NCBI GenBank assembly: GCA_004431415.1
Contig: QPMI01000545.1
Span: 214,900 to 278,899 of the forward strand
Reading direction: 5' to 3'
DNA: 64,000 nucleotides
Source: Cyanophora paradoxa CCMP329
Taxonomy: Eukaryota > Plantae > Glaucophyta
A program made the translations under genes and the position numbers. The stretch's first letter is position 1; every line of letters begins with the position of its first letter. Of this stretch, positions 13,437-26,193 are shown one piece after another. A model generated the notes under the pieces. That model did no database searches. It was not told the origin of the DNA and saw only the letters and a program-made list of their open reading frames with translations.

Positions 13437-14491
13437 ATGGCGCGCTGGACATACGCGTATCACTTCCGCAACCGGCGCGGGAACAATGCGGCGATCATGC
13501 TGCGCGACGGCCGTGATGGCGTCCCGCGCACGCAGTCCGGCCCGTGGCTCGACCTCATAGGTGCGAGCCTTCGAGAAGTCTGGTTTAGTTGTTGCCGCCA
13601 AGTCCTGCCTCTCGCAGAGGCCGTGGCGAGCGCTTTCCGCATCCCATACCTGGAACTCCTTCGCAACCCGAACTATGACACTGTCGACGCTCTTCAGCGG
13701 CTCACCTTGACGTGCGCCTCCTTCGATACTGCTCGCACTGAAGCGCATGCGGTGTAATTTCTGACGCGCCCTCCGCGCGCAGTGGGCACTACTACATGCC
13801 GCCCGGCCAGAACATCCCCCTGAACGAGCGGCGCTTCCGCCTGCCGGGCAACGCGGCGCGCATGCGGGAGCGGGCGCTGCTGTGCAAGATGAACGGGTGG
13901 ATATCGGAGGGGCCCCTGCCGGGCGCCTCGCGCTTCGACGGGCTCCTGGACGCGCACGACCTCTGCGCCCCCTCGACGCCCCTCAAGGTCCTCTCCGACC
14001 GGGCCTGGCCCTCCCCCCGCAAGCTCATCCGCGCCCGCTACGGCTCCGAGCTGCCCGACTCCGATTCCGAGCAGCCGCCCCACAAGCGCCCCCGCCGCTT
14101 CTGCGACCTCGCCGCCGCCTCCTCCTCCTCCTCCGCCTTCGACTCGGCCCCATCCCACTGCCACGCGGAGGCGCCCTGCGCGCCCGCGCCCTGGCCCCCC
14201 CTTCCCCCCGTCCAGGCCCCCCCGCAGGCCGATCGCGACGCCGGATTCCTCCCCCGGCTCGCCGACGCCTCCCCCCCCTCCGCCTTCTCCACCCCCTCCG
14301 CCTCCGGCTCCTTCTTTACTCCAGCCGGCCCCTCCTCGCCCGCCCCGCAGTTCTTCGATCCCTGCCCCGGCCCCGCAGCCTTCGCCTGCCCCTTCGCCCT
14401 CCCGGCCTCCTGCGCATGGGCAGGGGCACCCTTCGCCCCGGACTTTCGCTTCTACAATCCGCCCGCCCAGCTCGCGGGCGGGTACTCGTAG
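13437..14491 (+). CDS. Hypothetical protein (about 3 exons) with Pro/Ala-rich C-terminus
   Basis: MARWTYAYHFRNRRGNNAAIMLRDG..., spliced to EAVASAFRIPYLELLRNPNYD and then to the ORF 13796-14491. Coding-like codon usage. Confidence 0.5.
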
Positions 14492-14925
14492 CCGTCGCTT
14501 TCGCTGCCCACAGCGAAGCTTCCTCAATGTGCTCTAGTAGGATTTTTCAGCGTACGAAGGCAGTCTCGTGCTCAGTTGTTCCTATTTAAATTATTTGAAC
14601 GCTTTTCCAACTTCAATTTTGAAACCACCGTCAGACTCGGCGAGATTCAGACTATGCCAGGCAGCCTCGCAGGCAGCTTGCGATTTAAAATGATGTATAC
14701 GTAATTATAACGGCTATCCGCATGCTCCACGGTATACCAAACTCCATTGCCACTCCCAGAGAACTGCCGAGCGCCGTCCGGCCCCCCGCGCCCTGCCATG
14801 CCGTGACCCGGCGCAGCTGCAGCCCCGCAGCGCCTCGCGAACTCGCGGAGCCCTCTCCATAGATACAGAGCACCGGCCCGCTCGCGGCTGCTCGCGGATG
14901 CTCCCCAGGGCCTAGCTAGGCGCTT

Positions 14926-16321
14926 CTAAAACCTCCTCGCGCTCCCGAAGGTCCAGGACGGCTTCGTCTTGTTCTGGTACGCCGACTGGAACTCCTCTTT
15001 CGGCTTGTAGATCGGGCCTGCGCGCCGCGCGCCGTGCCCGTCGGTACAGCGCCGGAGACTTTCAGAAGCCGCGGCTCGAACGGACCTGGGCTGTTTACTG
15101 CTAAGAATTGGGCGGTGTGCTCCCTCCCGAAGTACTGCGCCCGCGCCGGCTGCTCGGCTGCCACCGGCCGCTGCGCCGCCGTGCCGAACTTGAAGGCAGC
15201 CGCGCACGTCTGCGCGGGGCCGCCCACGGCGCTCAGGGCGGGGTCGGGGCGCGGGCGGGGGGCCGGGGGCGCTCGCTCGCCTGCGACTGGTCCGTCTGCT
15301 CGGGCTCCCCGACGAGCTTTGGGAGGTCGTACGCCCCCGGGCCCGGCGTCGTCTCCGCTGCGCGAGCGGGAGCAGTCGGCGCCCGCGCCGCCGGCCGCCG
15401 GCAGGCCGCGGGACGTCGACAGGGCCCCCGCACCTTTGGACTTGGGCGGGGCGCGCTGCGGGGAGGTGCCGAACCCGAAGGCGGGCGGGGAGCGGCGGAC
15501 GGAGGCGTAGTGCAGGTCGGGCGTGTAGGCGCCGGGGCCCACGTTCGAGACCTTGGGCCGCGACTTCGCCGTCCGCATGGAGCCGTCCTCGGGGTGCGGC
15601 CGCTGCGGCGCCGTCCCGAACCGGTGGCTCGGCGCCCCCCGCAACGAAATGTCCGTCTCCGATCCCACCGCCGCCCTCAGCGCGTAAGAGCCCGGGCCCG
15701 GGCTGCTGGCTGCGCCCGGCCGCCCCGTCAGCCGCGGCGCCCCCGCGCGGGAAGGCCGACGCCGGACGCACCTCCGAGCACCGATCCCCGGTTCGGTCCG
15801 CTACCAAACACGTGTGAGGGACTCCTCCTGTAACCGTTCTGGCCCTCGCCGCCGACTGTGGACCTGATCTTGTAGACCGGCCCTGGCGCATAGCTGGTCC
15901 GTATCGCGTCCTCGATGAACGTTATGCCAGTGCTGCGGCGCGCGCTCGTTAGGGCGGTCGGCGTTCCTCGCGGGCCCGCGGGGCGGCTTGCCCTTGTATG
16001 GACCACGCCGGGGCTTCACTCAAACTGTTCTGCACATACGGCGCCTTGCCTACGTAGGTGCCCAGATCATACTGCAAAAGAGGTCAGACAACGTCGACGT
16101 CGAGAGCTAAGCTTAGAGCTCGGCGAGGCGTCAGCAGCCCTCTCGATTGCAGCGAGATCGCTACATAGCTAGACCCGCAGCTTAGACAAGATCCCTTCCG
16201 ACATCTAATGGCGCGTTGGGCCTGCGGGCTGCTGGCGCAAGCATACCTGGCCCGGGCCAGGCGCGTTCTTGTCCGGCTGCGCGACAGAGAAGGACGAGAA
16301 GCTTTCCATCGATTCCCTCAT
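14926..16321 (-). CDS. SHIPPO-1 (PGPGxY) repeat protein, ODF3-like flagellar/microtubule protein
   Basis: Repeated PGPGQY, APGPVY, PGPGSY, GPGAY and TPGPGAY, each followed by an S/FxFG motif (SHVFGS, HRFGT, FGFGT, FKFGT, WTFGS). Start codon is approximate. Confidence 0.8.
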
Positions 16322-16499
16322 CCTCTCTTGCCGGGACGCGCCTCGGCTGCCGGGCGGCTGTGGGGAAACGGGGGAGCCCGCCTGCATCGCAAGGTACTCT
16401 GCTGTACAACTGACGCGCGGCAGATGGCTTTCCCAATCGCTTGTTACAGTTTAGATTGATGCTGTCGCGGAATAGGGTTTGAGCTCGTACCCCCTAGAG

Positions 16500-18147
16500 A
16501 TGAAAGCCGACCCGCCGCAGACGCCTGCCGCGTCCCCTGACAGCGCTGACGCGTTCACTTGTACGCAAAATGCGATCCGCTGCAAACCCGTCGAGGAGCC
16601 AAAGTTCGCCGTCGACTGCATGTGCGTCTGGCCCAGCTAGCCTGCCGCCCGCGCCATGCAGCGCTTCTCCCAACGCAATCTAAGCCGTTCGAATTCGCAG
16701 GCTGGGACGCACGGCTCGGCTTCTGCGGTGCGCCGGGTTCGACGCCTTCTTCGCGCCCACGAACCAGAAAGAGGCGCTCGCTGCGAAGGCGGAGGATGAG
16801 GGACGGTGCGCCGTCGCTAGCGCTGTGCACGCGCACACCTGTCGCCCGCCGGTCTTGCAAGCGTGCCGTCGCCGTGTACGTACGCACCCTTTTCCCTCCT
16901 CGCAGCGTGATTATCACGCGGGACGTGTCAATCGAGAGCCTTCTCAAGCGCCGCGTGCTGGACCGCGAGGGGAAGCTGGTCGCGATTCCGCCGCGAAGAA
17001 GTCCTGGCCAGGGGCCGCGCCCGATCCTGTTCAGCGACCCAGGCCTCCTCGGGGACAGCGACGAGGACGACTGCGACGAGGACACAGATCCAAGCGACGC
17101 AGGCCTTTCTCGCAACCGCGCACGGTCTAGGAATAGGGTGCGGCTGCGTTCGTTCCCGTTCTGCTGCTGCGGCTTACTGGCGAGCCCCACAGGCGCTCGT
17201 GAAAGCCGTTCCCAGCGATCGAATACCCCGTGTGAGCGCGCCTCTTGCTAGTCTTGCCATTGGGCGTTCGCACGCCTTGCGCCGCGTATCTGAAATCCGG
17301 CGCAAACGCAGGTCGTCGTTGTGACCGCGGAAGACGCGAGGGACCAGGTCGGTGCGCGACGCTCCCCTTGTTCTATGGAACGGGCCCCTAGATCTGCGCT
17401 AAAAGATGGCGCGTAACCACAGATGAGATCCTACGCGCTTTGAACGTGCACGGTGAGCGCGCCCTGCAGCCTGCGGCGGGTCGACTCTTCAGGCGTGACG
17501 CATTCAACGAATCGACCGCAGTTCAGTTCGAAAACCTCTTCTCGAGATGGTGAGCCCAGAGCTGCAGCTTCTGTCGCCCCGGCCCGCGAACGCCGTGCGC
17601 TCACGGCGCGCCGCGCAGCGTCAAGTGCTGCGGGGCCAAGTGGCTCTCCGTCACCCCGGAGCATGCTCGGGTGCGTGCTGGCCATGGCCATGGGACCCTC
17701 CGGCCCGAGAGCGAGGTGCTGGCCGCTGCGCTGACCGCCGGGCACCGGCCGGCGCGCCCTCAGTCCGTGGGGATCAGTGAGAGGACCTTGTCGAGGGTGC
17801 GTGCCCCGCCTGCCTTCTCGGCCGCTTCCCTCCGCTGTATCTGACGCCTTCCAGCAGGTCTCTCAGTTCTGGGCGTGCGGCGACTGCGGGTGCATATTCT
17901 GGGAGGGCAGGCAGTTCCAGGGGTGTGTGCACGCGCGCCGCGCCCTGCCGCGCCGGCACACGCGTTCGTTTACCGCTCCCCGCGCCGCTCACTGAGCGTC
18001 CTGCCCCGCAGCGCGATGGACTGGATGACGGAGCGGCTGTGCCGTCTCGACTGCGGGCGGGGCGGGGCGGGGGCCCCCGTGGGGGCGCCCGGGCAGCAGC
18101 GTGCGTCTTTACAGGAGGATCTGCAGGCGAGGCCGGACTCTCATTAA
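16500..18147 (+). CDS. Mut7-C (PIN-fold) RNase domain protein, multi-exon
   Basis: PKFAVD..LGRTARLLR..RVIITRD..VKCCG..FWACGDCGCIFWEGRQF matches the Mut7-C N-terminal motifs and its C-terminal Zn ribbon. Confidence 0.8.
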
Positions 18148-18375
18148 TATTGAGGCCAGACGCTGCACATTCCCCGCCCTCTTTTTTCTATCGTGCCCTA
18201 CTCGCATGCCGCCGGCCGCAGCCGCGCCGGCGCCGGCGGCGCTAGTTCTGGCCGCGCACGCGCGGCGCCGGCCACCACCGGGTCCGCTTGAGGTACTCTC
18301 AGTATCAATTAGCTATAGTTATACTGTTCAAAAGGTACAGCGCGTGATTATAGGCCGCTGAGCGCTAGCTTGATC

Positions 18376-21300
18376 ATGAGCCCGGCGGGAGTCGTTGGAC
18401 CCGGAAGTTGGCCTGAACCGACCAGGGGGGGTACCCTCGTCCCGCGCGCAAGTTCGTTGGGAGACGCTGCGGCCAGCAGCTGGCCTTTCGGGCAACCAGC
18501 AGCGATGCAGTCGGGCAACTTCATCCTCCCGACAGCAATCGCAGTGCTCCACACCTCGCGGCAGAATGCTGATCTCACATCGGTTATGCCGCGCATGCAC
18601 ACCCAGGAGGGATGCATGGGCGTTCGTTACCACGAGCCTTCCGACAACTGGATGATGTTCTTCAAGACGCAGGCCCAGCGCGATGCTTTCGTTGCTAGTT
18701 CGCCCTTCCCAGCCACGTTGTGGCGCAGCGGAACGAAGACCAGCGTACCGCTTCAGATTTCCGCATACGATAGCCCCGATGCGAACAGCTTACTCATCGC
18801 CTGGATGAAGACGGTCCGGCGCGATAACAAGACACCCGACCAAGCCGCTGCGGCCTCGGGTCGCTCTGCTGTGGCGGATGACGATGACAACATTCCTCTC
18901 CCCACCCAGACTCCTGCCCCTACGCCCCCGGTGCCGTCCCGCCACGAGTCGCCCTTGTTTTGGAGGCGCTCAGCTAACATCTGTTGCCTGCGCTTTCGCT
19001 CCGTTTTTATGAACAGCCTCCAGCCTTCCTCGCTGCAGCCGCGGCGCAGCATGTTCGTTCGCCCCGGCCTCCGAGCCCTCATCGCTTAACGGCCCGCCCG
19101 CGCAGTCTTCAACCCCTCAGCCCGGCTTCCAGAGCTCTCAACGTGAGCGGTTTTGTAATCTCTTCGTGCATATTGGGAAGCGCTAAGGAAAAGTCGCTAC
19201 GCAGCCCTCGAGGACTCCCAAGTCAGTGCCCGCGGCGGTCCCCCGCTGGACAGCTCCCAGATCAGACAGCAGCAGCAGCTTCAGGCATGCTCTTCTATTC
19301 TGCTTTTCCATTTCGCACCTTTCCTAACCGCGGTTTCGAATCGGCAGGCCGAGATGCGCAGGAAGCTGGCGCGCCACCTGATGGAGCTCGAGAACGAAGT
19401 CCAGACGCACATCTCGCGAACTTCGGGGCGGGGTTTGGATGGCAAGCCGGCGGCGAACGCGCTGGTGTTCTGCTGCTTCCCGAACCCCGCGCACCCGGAG
19501 CTCGGGCGCCAGCCGAAGCCCCGGAACTGGGACTGCATCACGTCGGACCTCACTCCCCGCATCGACGGCGTCGACAGGCCGCCCACGGTCAAGCACATGC
19601 AGCAGCTCCGCGGCGACATCTCGCTCGTGATGGAAGTGCGCTCGGGGCTCTTTGGCGGTTCTTTCTTCCGCTCTTTCGCGCCTCACGCGCAGCGCGCTGC
19701 AGGTGCTCCAGCGTAAGGAGCAGGACGAGGAGAACAACGCGGTCGACAAGCAGAGCACCGAGGGCCGCATTGGCACGCTTGTACAGGTCCGTGCGCCCGC
19801 GCCCCGGCTCCCTGCCAGCCGGGCGAGCGTCCTCCGCAGAGGATAAAGACGGAGAGCGAAGAGACGGCGCTCAAGCAGTCGATCGACGACCTGCACAGGA
19901 TCGCCGCCCACTCCGGTGACGCCCCCGCCGCGCCGCGCGGCCCCGCGCGCCTCGACCCGGCTGACCTCGGCGTGCAGAGCGGAACAAGGTCATGATTCGC
20001 GACGCGGGAGCCATCCCGCCGCTCGTCGGCCACCTGCAGGTGCCCTCCCCGTCCATCCTTGGCCGCCCGGCCGCCCGCCGAGCCGCCCCGCCAGAGCCGG
20101 AGCGAGACCGTCAAGCGGAGCACGGTATCGCTCCTCGCGCGGCTCGCCAACATCGGTGCGCGGGGCCGCCGCCCGCCCCGCCCGGCCGCCGCTGACCGCC
20201 TCTGCCCCTCCAGAGCGCTGCAAGACGGCGATCCGCGACGCGGGTGCCATCCAGCCCCTCGTCGAGCTGCTCGGCTCGCGCGTCGAGGTCCGGCCCGCCC
20301 GGCGTCCCGCCCCCCGCCGCGGCTCTCCCGGCGCCGGACCCACGCCGGCCCGCGCAGGTGCTGCAGGAGAAGTCCGCGTCGATCCTGGCCAAGCTCGCCG
20401 TCAACGACGTCGACAAGAAGCTCATCCGCGACGCCAAGGCGAGTTTGCGCGCCGCCCGCCCCCCGCCCCGCACGCCCGCCCCCGCCCGCCCTCCTGAGGC
20501 GGCCGGGCGGCGCAGGGCATCCCGCCCCTCGTGCGGCTGCTCTCCTCCCAGAACGAGGCGGTCCAGACGAGCGCCGTCGCCGTCCTCGGCAACCTCGCCG
20601 TCAACGGTGCGCGCCGCGCCTGCGCACGCGCGCGGCGGGGCCGGCGCCGGGGCCGACGCTGGGCGCGGCGGGCGCGGGGCAGAGCGGAACCAGGAGGACA
20701 TCCGGGAGTCCGGGGCGATCAACCCGCTGGTTGCCCTCCTCGGCTCCCGCAACGAGATCCTGCAGGAGAAGTCCGCCGGGGCCCTCTGCAACCTCGCCTA
20801 TAACGGTGACCGCCCTGCCGACCCCGCGCCGGCCGCGCGCCGGCCGCGCTGACGCCGCCGGCTCGCAGACAAGAACCAGGAGGTGATCCGGGAGGCGGGG
20901 GCGATCCCGCAGCTGGTGCGCCTGCTGGCCGCCCGCAACGAGCTGGTGCAGGAGAACGCCGCCCGTGCCGTCTGGTACCTCGCCGCCAACGGTGCCCCGC
21001 CCCGCCCCGCCCCGCCCGCCCGGTGGCCGACTCGGCCGGGGCCAGTGCGCAACGAGGAGTACATTCGGGACGCGGGCGGTATCCCGCCGCTCGTGAAGCT
21101 GCTCGCCTCGGGCAACGAGTCGATCCAGCTCAACGCCGCCGGCGCCATCGCCTACCTCGCGCCCAACGGCACGCCCCCGCCCGTCGCCCGGCCGGGCCCT
21201 CAGCAGCCCCTGTGACGCTTGGTCGGGGCGCAGAGCGCAACCAAGACACGGTGGCGGAGGCGGGCGGCATCCCGCCCCTCATCGCCCTCCTCAAGAGCCG

Positions 21301-22132
21301 CAACGAGAAGCTGCAGGAGAAGGCCGCCAGTGCCTTCCGGTACCTCGGCCGCTCCGGTGCGCCCGGCCCCGCGCCGCTCGGGCTCTGCAGGCCGCCGCCG
21401 ACGGCCCGCCCCGCCCCGCGCCGCGCCGCGCCGCGCAGACCGGAACAAGGAGCTGATCGTGTCGGCGGGCGGCATCCCGCCCCTCGTCGCCCTCCTGAAC
21501 TCGCCCAACAAGAACGTCCAGGAGAGCGCGGGCGGCGCCCTCGGCAACCTCGCCGTCTCCGGTGCGCCCGGCCGCGCCCCGAAAGCCCTCCCGCCGGCCG
21601 GGCGCCGACGCGCCGCCACGCAGACAAGAACCAGGAGATCATCCGGGAGGCGGGCGGGATCCCTCCGCTGGTGGCGCTGCTGCCGACGTGCACGGAGCCC
21701 GGGCGCGTCGGGCCCCTGGTCGCCCTCTGCAACCTCTCGGTCAACGACCGCAACAAGGAGCTCATCGTGCAGGCCGGCGGCATCCGGCCCCTCGTCGCCC
21801 TCCTCGCCTGCCGGGACGAGACCGTCCAGGGCTGCGCCGCCGGCGCCCTCCAGAACCTCGCCGTCTCCGACCGCAACAAGGACCTGATCCGCGACGCCGG
21901 GGGCATCGGGCACCTCGTGCAGCTCCTCCAGTCCCGCAACGAGACGATGCAGATGCACGCCGCCGGGGCGCTCCGGTATCTCTGCGCCACCGCCGAGGGC
22001 CGGAGGGTCCTCAAGCAGAGCAACGGGATCCCCGTGCTGGAGCAGCTCCGCCAGTCCCGCAACAGCTACGTCTCCAAGTGCTCCGTCCTCATCCTCAACT
22101 CCTTCGGCAAGAGCTACCGCCCCGCGCGGTGA
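18376..22132 (+). CDS. Armadillo-repeat protein (Vac8-like ARM array) with an uncharacterised N-terminal region
   Basis: About 10 repeats of the form N(Q/K)xxIREAGGIPPLVxLLxSxNExxQExAAGALxNLA. Stop at 22132. Linking the exons at 18376-19640 to this gene is inferred. Confidence 0.8.
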
Positions 22133-22362
22133 TCGGCGCCGCCCCGCCGCCGAGGGGCGGCCGGGCGCGTGCGCGGCCGAGCCACGGCCCGCCCCGCCCC
22201 GCCCGACGCACATGCACACGCACATGCTGGCGAGTTGCCGCCCCCGCACCGCAACGCGGGCGCGCGCGCTCCCCGATACCCCCATTACTAGATTCCACAC
22301 CAGTCGTCCAACCTATTAAACGTCGTGCTCACGTAGTAGTTTTGTCTTATTTCAATGAAGCG

Positions 22363-23655
22363 TCAGTCGGATGCGGCGCGGGGCGCGGGCGGGGGCGCCC
22401 CCGACCTCGAGGCGGCCGCCCGGGGCGAGGCGGGACACGAAGGCGCGGGCGGCGCGGGCGCCGCCGTCGCCCAGGGCGAGGTGCCCGAGGGCGAAGGAGG
22501 GCGTCGAGTGGGCCCAGAGCAGCTCGACGCCCTCGCCCGGCGCTGCGACGAGGGCGAGGAGGCCGGCGTGGGGCCCCGCCGCCAGCCAGGCCGCACCCGC
22601 GGGCCCTGCCCGGCCGCCGCCGCGTCGACGTCAGCGGGCGGCGCGGATCGGAGCCCACTGGGCCGGCGCCGCACCTGAGAGGACCGACTCTTCGAATAGG
22701 GCGCGGGCCGCCTCGTCGGGGCGGCCCCGGGCTCCGCCAGGCGCCGCGCGAGCGAGCGGCAGAAGTCGGCGCGCACGAGCGCCTCCCCCGCGCCGCTGCT
22801 GCTGCACGCGACGCCCGGCCGCGAGGCCGCCGCGGCCTGCGCCCAGCAGCCCGCCCCGAAGACCGCCGCCTGCGCGGCCCGCTCGCTCGCTCGCTCGGGC
22901 CCGGCCGCCGGCGCGGATCGGCGAGGGCGGACCTGGCCGACGCGGCCGCTGGTCTTGAAGAGGAGACCGCCGCTGGAGACCGCGGCTGCGCAGGCCCCGC
23001 CCCTCGCCCACGCCACCGCCCCGACCTTCGCGCCGGGGCCCCGTCGACCTTCGCGCCGGGGCCCCGTCGTCCGGCCTGCGCTCCGAGGGTCGGCCGATTG
23101 CGTGCGGGCCGCCGCAAGAGAGGGAGGCGAACCGGGGAGGAGGCCACGGGCGCCTTCCTCGAGGATCGCCGCCGCCAGCCTTACGGGGTTGCGGACGCCA
23201 GACACGGCCCCGCAGGCGCCGAAGGCTTCTCCCTCACTCCGCATGATCGAGGCATCAAGCTCCACGGAACCGGTGGCTGTGAGGTTCGCGCCAACGCCCG
23301 CGTTGGTGAGCTCGTTGTCCTACGAGGGTCCGCGCGTTCGCTTGCGCATCATCGCTAGCTATAGTAGCATAGCTGCACGCGCGCGCGCACCTCCAGGCAC
23401 TGCACCGCGGCCGCCACGCACTCGGTCACGCTCTGGCGACCGCGTTAGCTGCGCGGCATGCGCAGCTGCATTGCGCGCCGCGACGGATCGCTCGCGCGAA
23501 CCCGGCCGGCCTAGGCCTACGCGCACCTCGCTTCTCGCGTAGGCGTCGGCAGCTGCTTCGAGAGCGCGCTTGCAGGCCCGCACGTAAGCCAGCTCCTTGG
23601 AGCGGGCGTGCTGGCCTGCCCCGGCGTGTACGGCGACGACCAGGGCGGGCTCCAT
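22363..23655 (-). CDS. TASP1: Taspase-1 / threonine aspartase (asparaginase-2 Ntn-hydrolase), apparently with an internal deletion
   Basis: Motifs VAVHAGAG, TNAGVGANL..VELDASIM, FGACGAVSGVRNPV, VGAV..AAAVSSGGLLFKTSGRVGQ, AAVFGAGCWA and SSSGAGEALVR. Confidence 0.8.
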
Positions 23656-23853
23656 CGGCAGGGTATGTACATGTCGCGGCGGCACCGAACGCACATTGCG
23701 TGTACCCCCCTTGCATCTTGACCCAAGGCGCCTGCGCATGGCAGCAGCATCCGCAGCGAGCGTCCGCAGATAAACAAGCACACGGACCTAGAAAGAGTCG
23801 ATTCGGGTTGGTGCCCAGGGGGTGCGACATTGCGTCAGCCGCACGAAGAAGCT

Positions 23854-26000
23854 ATGGCGCTGGCGGTAGATATCGGAGGCAGCCTAGCAAAGCTCGTGTA
23901 CTTCGAGCCCCGCGCCAGCGGCTCTTCGAACGACAAGCTCGATCTTGAGGTACGCAACGGCGACTGGGCAGCGCTCGTCGGCGGGGAGAAAAGCAAAGAC
24001 GTCAAGCCCGGTGCGCTTAACTTCCACGTCCTGAGATGCGCCCCCGCCCGCTGACGGGCCTCTGTACGAACCGACAGCGAGCTCGGGCTCCCGGGGCCCT
24101 CAGACGGCGGGCAAGCGGAGCGTCAGCACGGATTACGGGCGCCTTCATTTCCTGAAGTTTGAGACACGAAACATCGTTGAATGCATCAAATGGGTCGGTG
24201 CGTACTCCGGCGCGCGCCCGCTCGCGATATCCGCTAGGGACGAGCGCCGCGCGGGGAGCGCGCCGCCGCGCGGCCCGCCGCCTCTTTCTCCGCGCGCCCC
24301 GCGCCTCTTATCGGTGCCCTGTCCGCACACGGCGGCGGCCGGACCGCAGACAAGACGCTGACGGAGCTAGAAGAGAACATGCAGACCAAGCCGGCGCAAC
24401 GCGTGGTTTACGCGACTGGCGGCGGCGCTTTCAAGTATGCAAAACTCTTCCAAGAGCTCGCGAACATATCGCTAAAGAAGGTGGACGAGATGGAGGTGCG
24501 GCGCGCGCGCGCGCGCGTCTCGCGTGCTTGCGGCGTCCAGGAACCCGCCGTCTGACGCGGCACCGCGCGCAGAGCATCATCACCGGTCTCAACTACCTCT
24601 TGAAGCACGTGGAGGACGAGTCCTTCGTCTTCATGTCTGCGCTGAATAAAAAGAACCCCAAGATCTACGCCTCCCTCTCCGTGCGCGCAGGCCTCCCCGT
24701 CGCTCGCCCGAGCCGCGTCGCTGATTTCTCTCGCAGGAAAACCCTTTTCCCTACCTCATCGCCCACATCGGCAGCGGCGTCTCCATAATACGAGTGCCTT
24801 TCCCCCTCTTTTCTTTCTTTTCTTCTTCCTCTGCTCACGCCCCCGCAGGTCGACAGCGAGCACCAGTTCGAGCGCGTCAGCGGCACGAGCATAGGCGGCG
24901 GTGCGAAGAAGCTTTGCGCCAGCGCGCGGCGCCCTCGCCCGGGGCGCGCCTCACTTCGCCTCCCGCCGGCGCAGGCACCTTCCTGGGGCTCTGTCAGCTC
25001 CTCACCAACTGCCAGAACTTCGACGACCTCCTCAAGCTCTCCGCGAAGGGTGCGCGCGCGACCCCGCCCCGCCCCGCCTCCCGCGCCCCGCCGCGCCCCG
25101 CCCGAGGCGCAGCCGGCAGGGGACAACACGCGGGTGGACATGCTGGTGGGGGACATCTACGGGACGGACTACTCGCGGGTCGGGCTGCGGGCGGACACCA
25201 TCGCGTCCAGCTTCGGGAAGGTCCTCATGCGGCCCGGGCACCAGGGTCTCCCCGGCCTCTTCGGGCGCACCCTCCGCCGCACCGTCGGCCTCTGGATCGA
25301 CTTCCTCCGCCAGGCCCGCACCCCGCCCCCGCCCCCGCCCTCGCTCGCGAGCGAGCGAGCCGGCGGGCGCAGGTCCCGTTCGTGAGGCGGTTCGTGCCGG
25401 GCGTGCCGGGGGCCTCGTGCGGCTGCTGCAACGCGTGCGACCACTTCCGGAGCGAGGACATCGCCATGGGCCTCCTCCGCATGGTCTCCAACAACATAGC
25501 GCAGGTGCCCGGGCCCGCGCGCCCCGCCCCGCCCCGCGCCTTCCTTCCGCCTCCGCTCAGATCAGATCGGACCAGATCGCGTACCTGAACGCGCTGCGGT
25601 TCGGCCTGAACCGCATCTACTTCGGGGGCCACTTCATAAGGGACCACCGGTACACGATGGACACCATCTCGTACGGCGTCAACTTCTGGAGCAAGGGCGA
25701 GGTCAGGGCCCTCTTTGCTCTTGGCTTACTGCAGCTTTATCCCCCCTTAGCTTATCGAAGCTTTACTGGAGCTTATTTCTCTTGGCTCACTGAAGCTTTA
25801 TCCCCCCTTAGCTTATCAAAGCTTTACTGGAGCTTATTTCTCTTGGCTTATTGAAGCTTTGGTCTTACTGTCCGGCCCAGGTCAAGGCGCTCTTCCTGCA
25901 GCACGACGGGTACCTCGGCGCCCTCGGCGCCTTCCTCCACTCGGGCGACGCCGGCCTCCGCGCCTCGGACGCCACGCGGTGCGCGCCCCGACTGGGGTAA
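23854..26000 (+). CDS. PANK: Eukaryotic type II pantothenate kinase (Fumble family), multi-exon
   Basis: Motifs [85 protein letters not shown] and [15 protein letters not shown]. Confidence 0.93.
25718..25860. repeat. Minisatellite of about 61 bp x 2.3 in the last PANK intron
   Basis: Unit ctcttggcttactgcagctttatccccccttagcttatcgaagctttactggagcttattt, repeated with a few substitutions. Confidence 0.8.
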
Positions 26001-26193
26001 TCTGTGAACCAAATATCATATATATGTGGGCCTTTGTGAAGCGTTGAGCTCTCGAGCTTGCCCCTTCGCTGTCAATGTATTGTTAACCCTCGGAGGTTGA
26101 TGAGTCACGCGTTGCGGAGGTTGCATTGTTATATTGCATTCGGGGAGGCACGGGGACTAACACGTCCGACGTACCCCTCGGGGCCTCCGGCCT

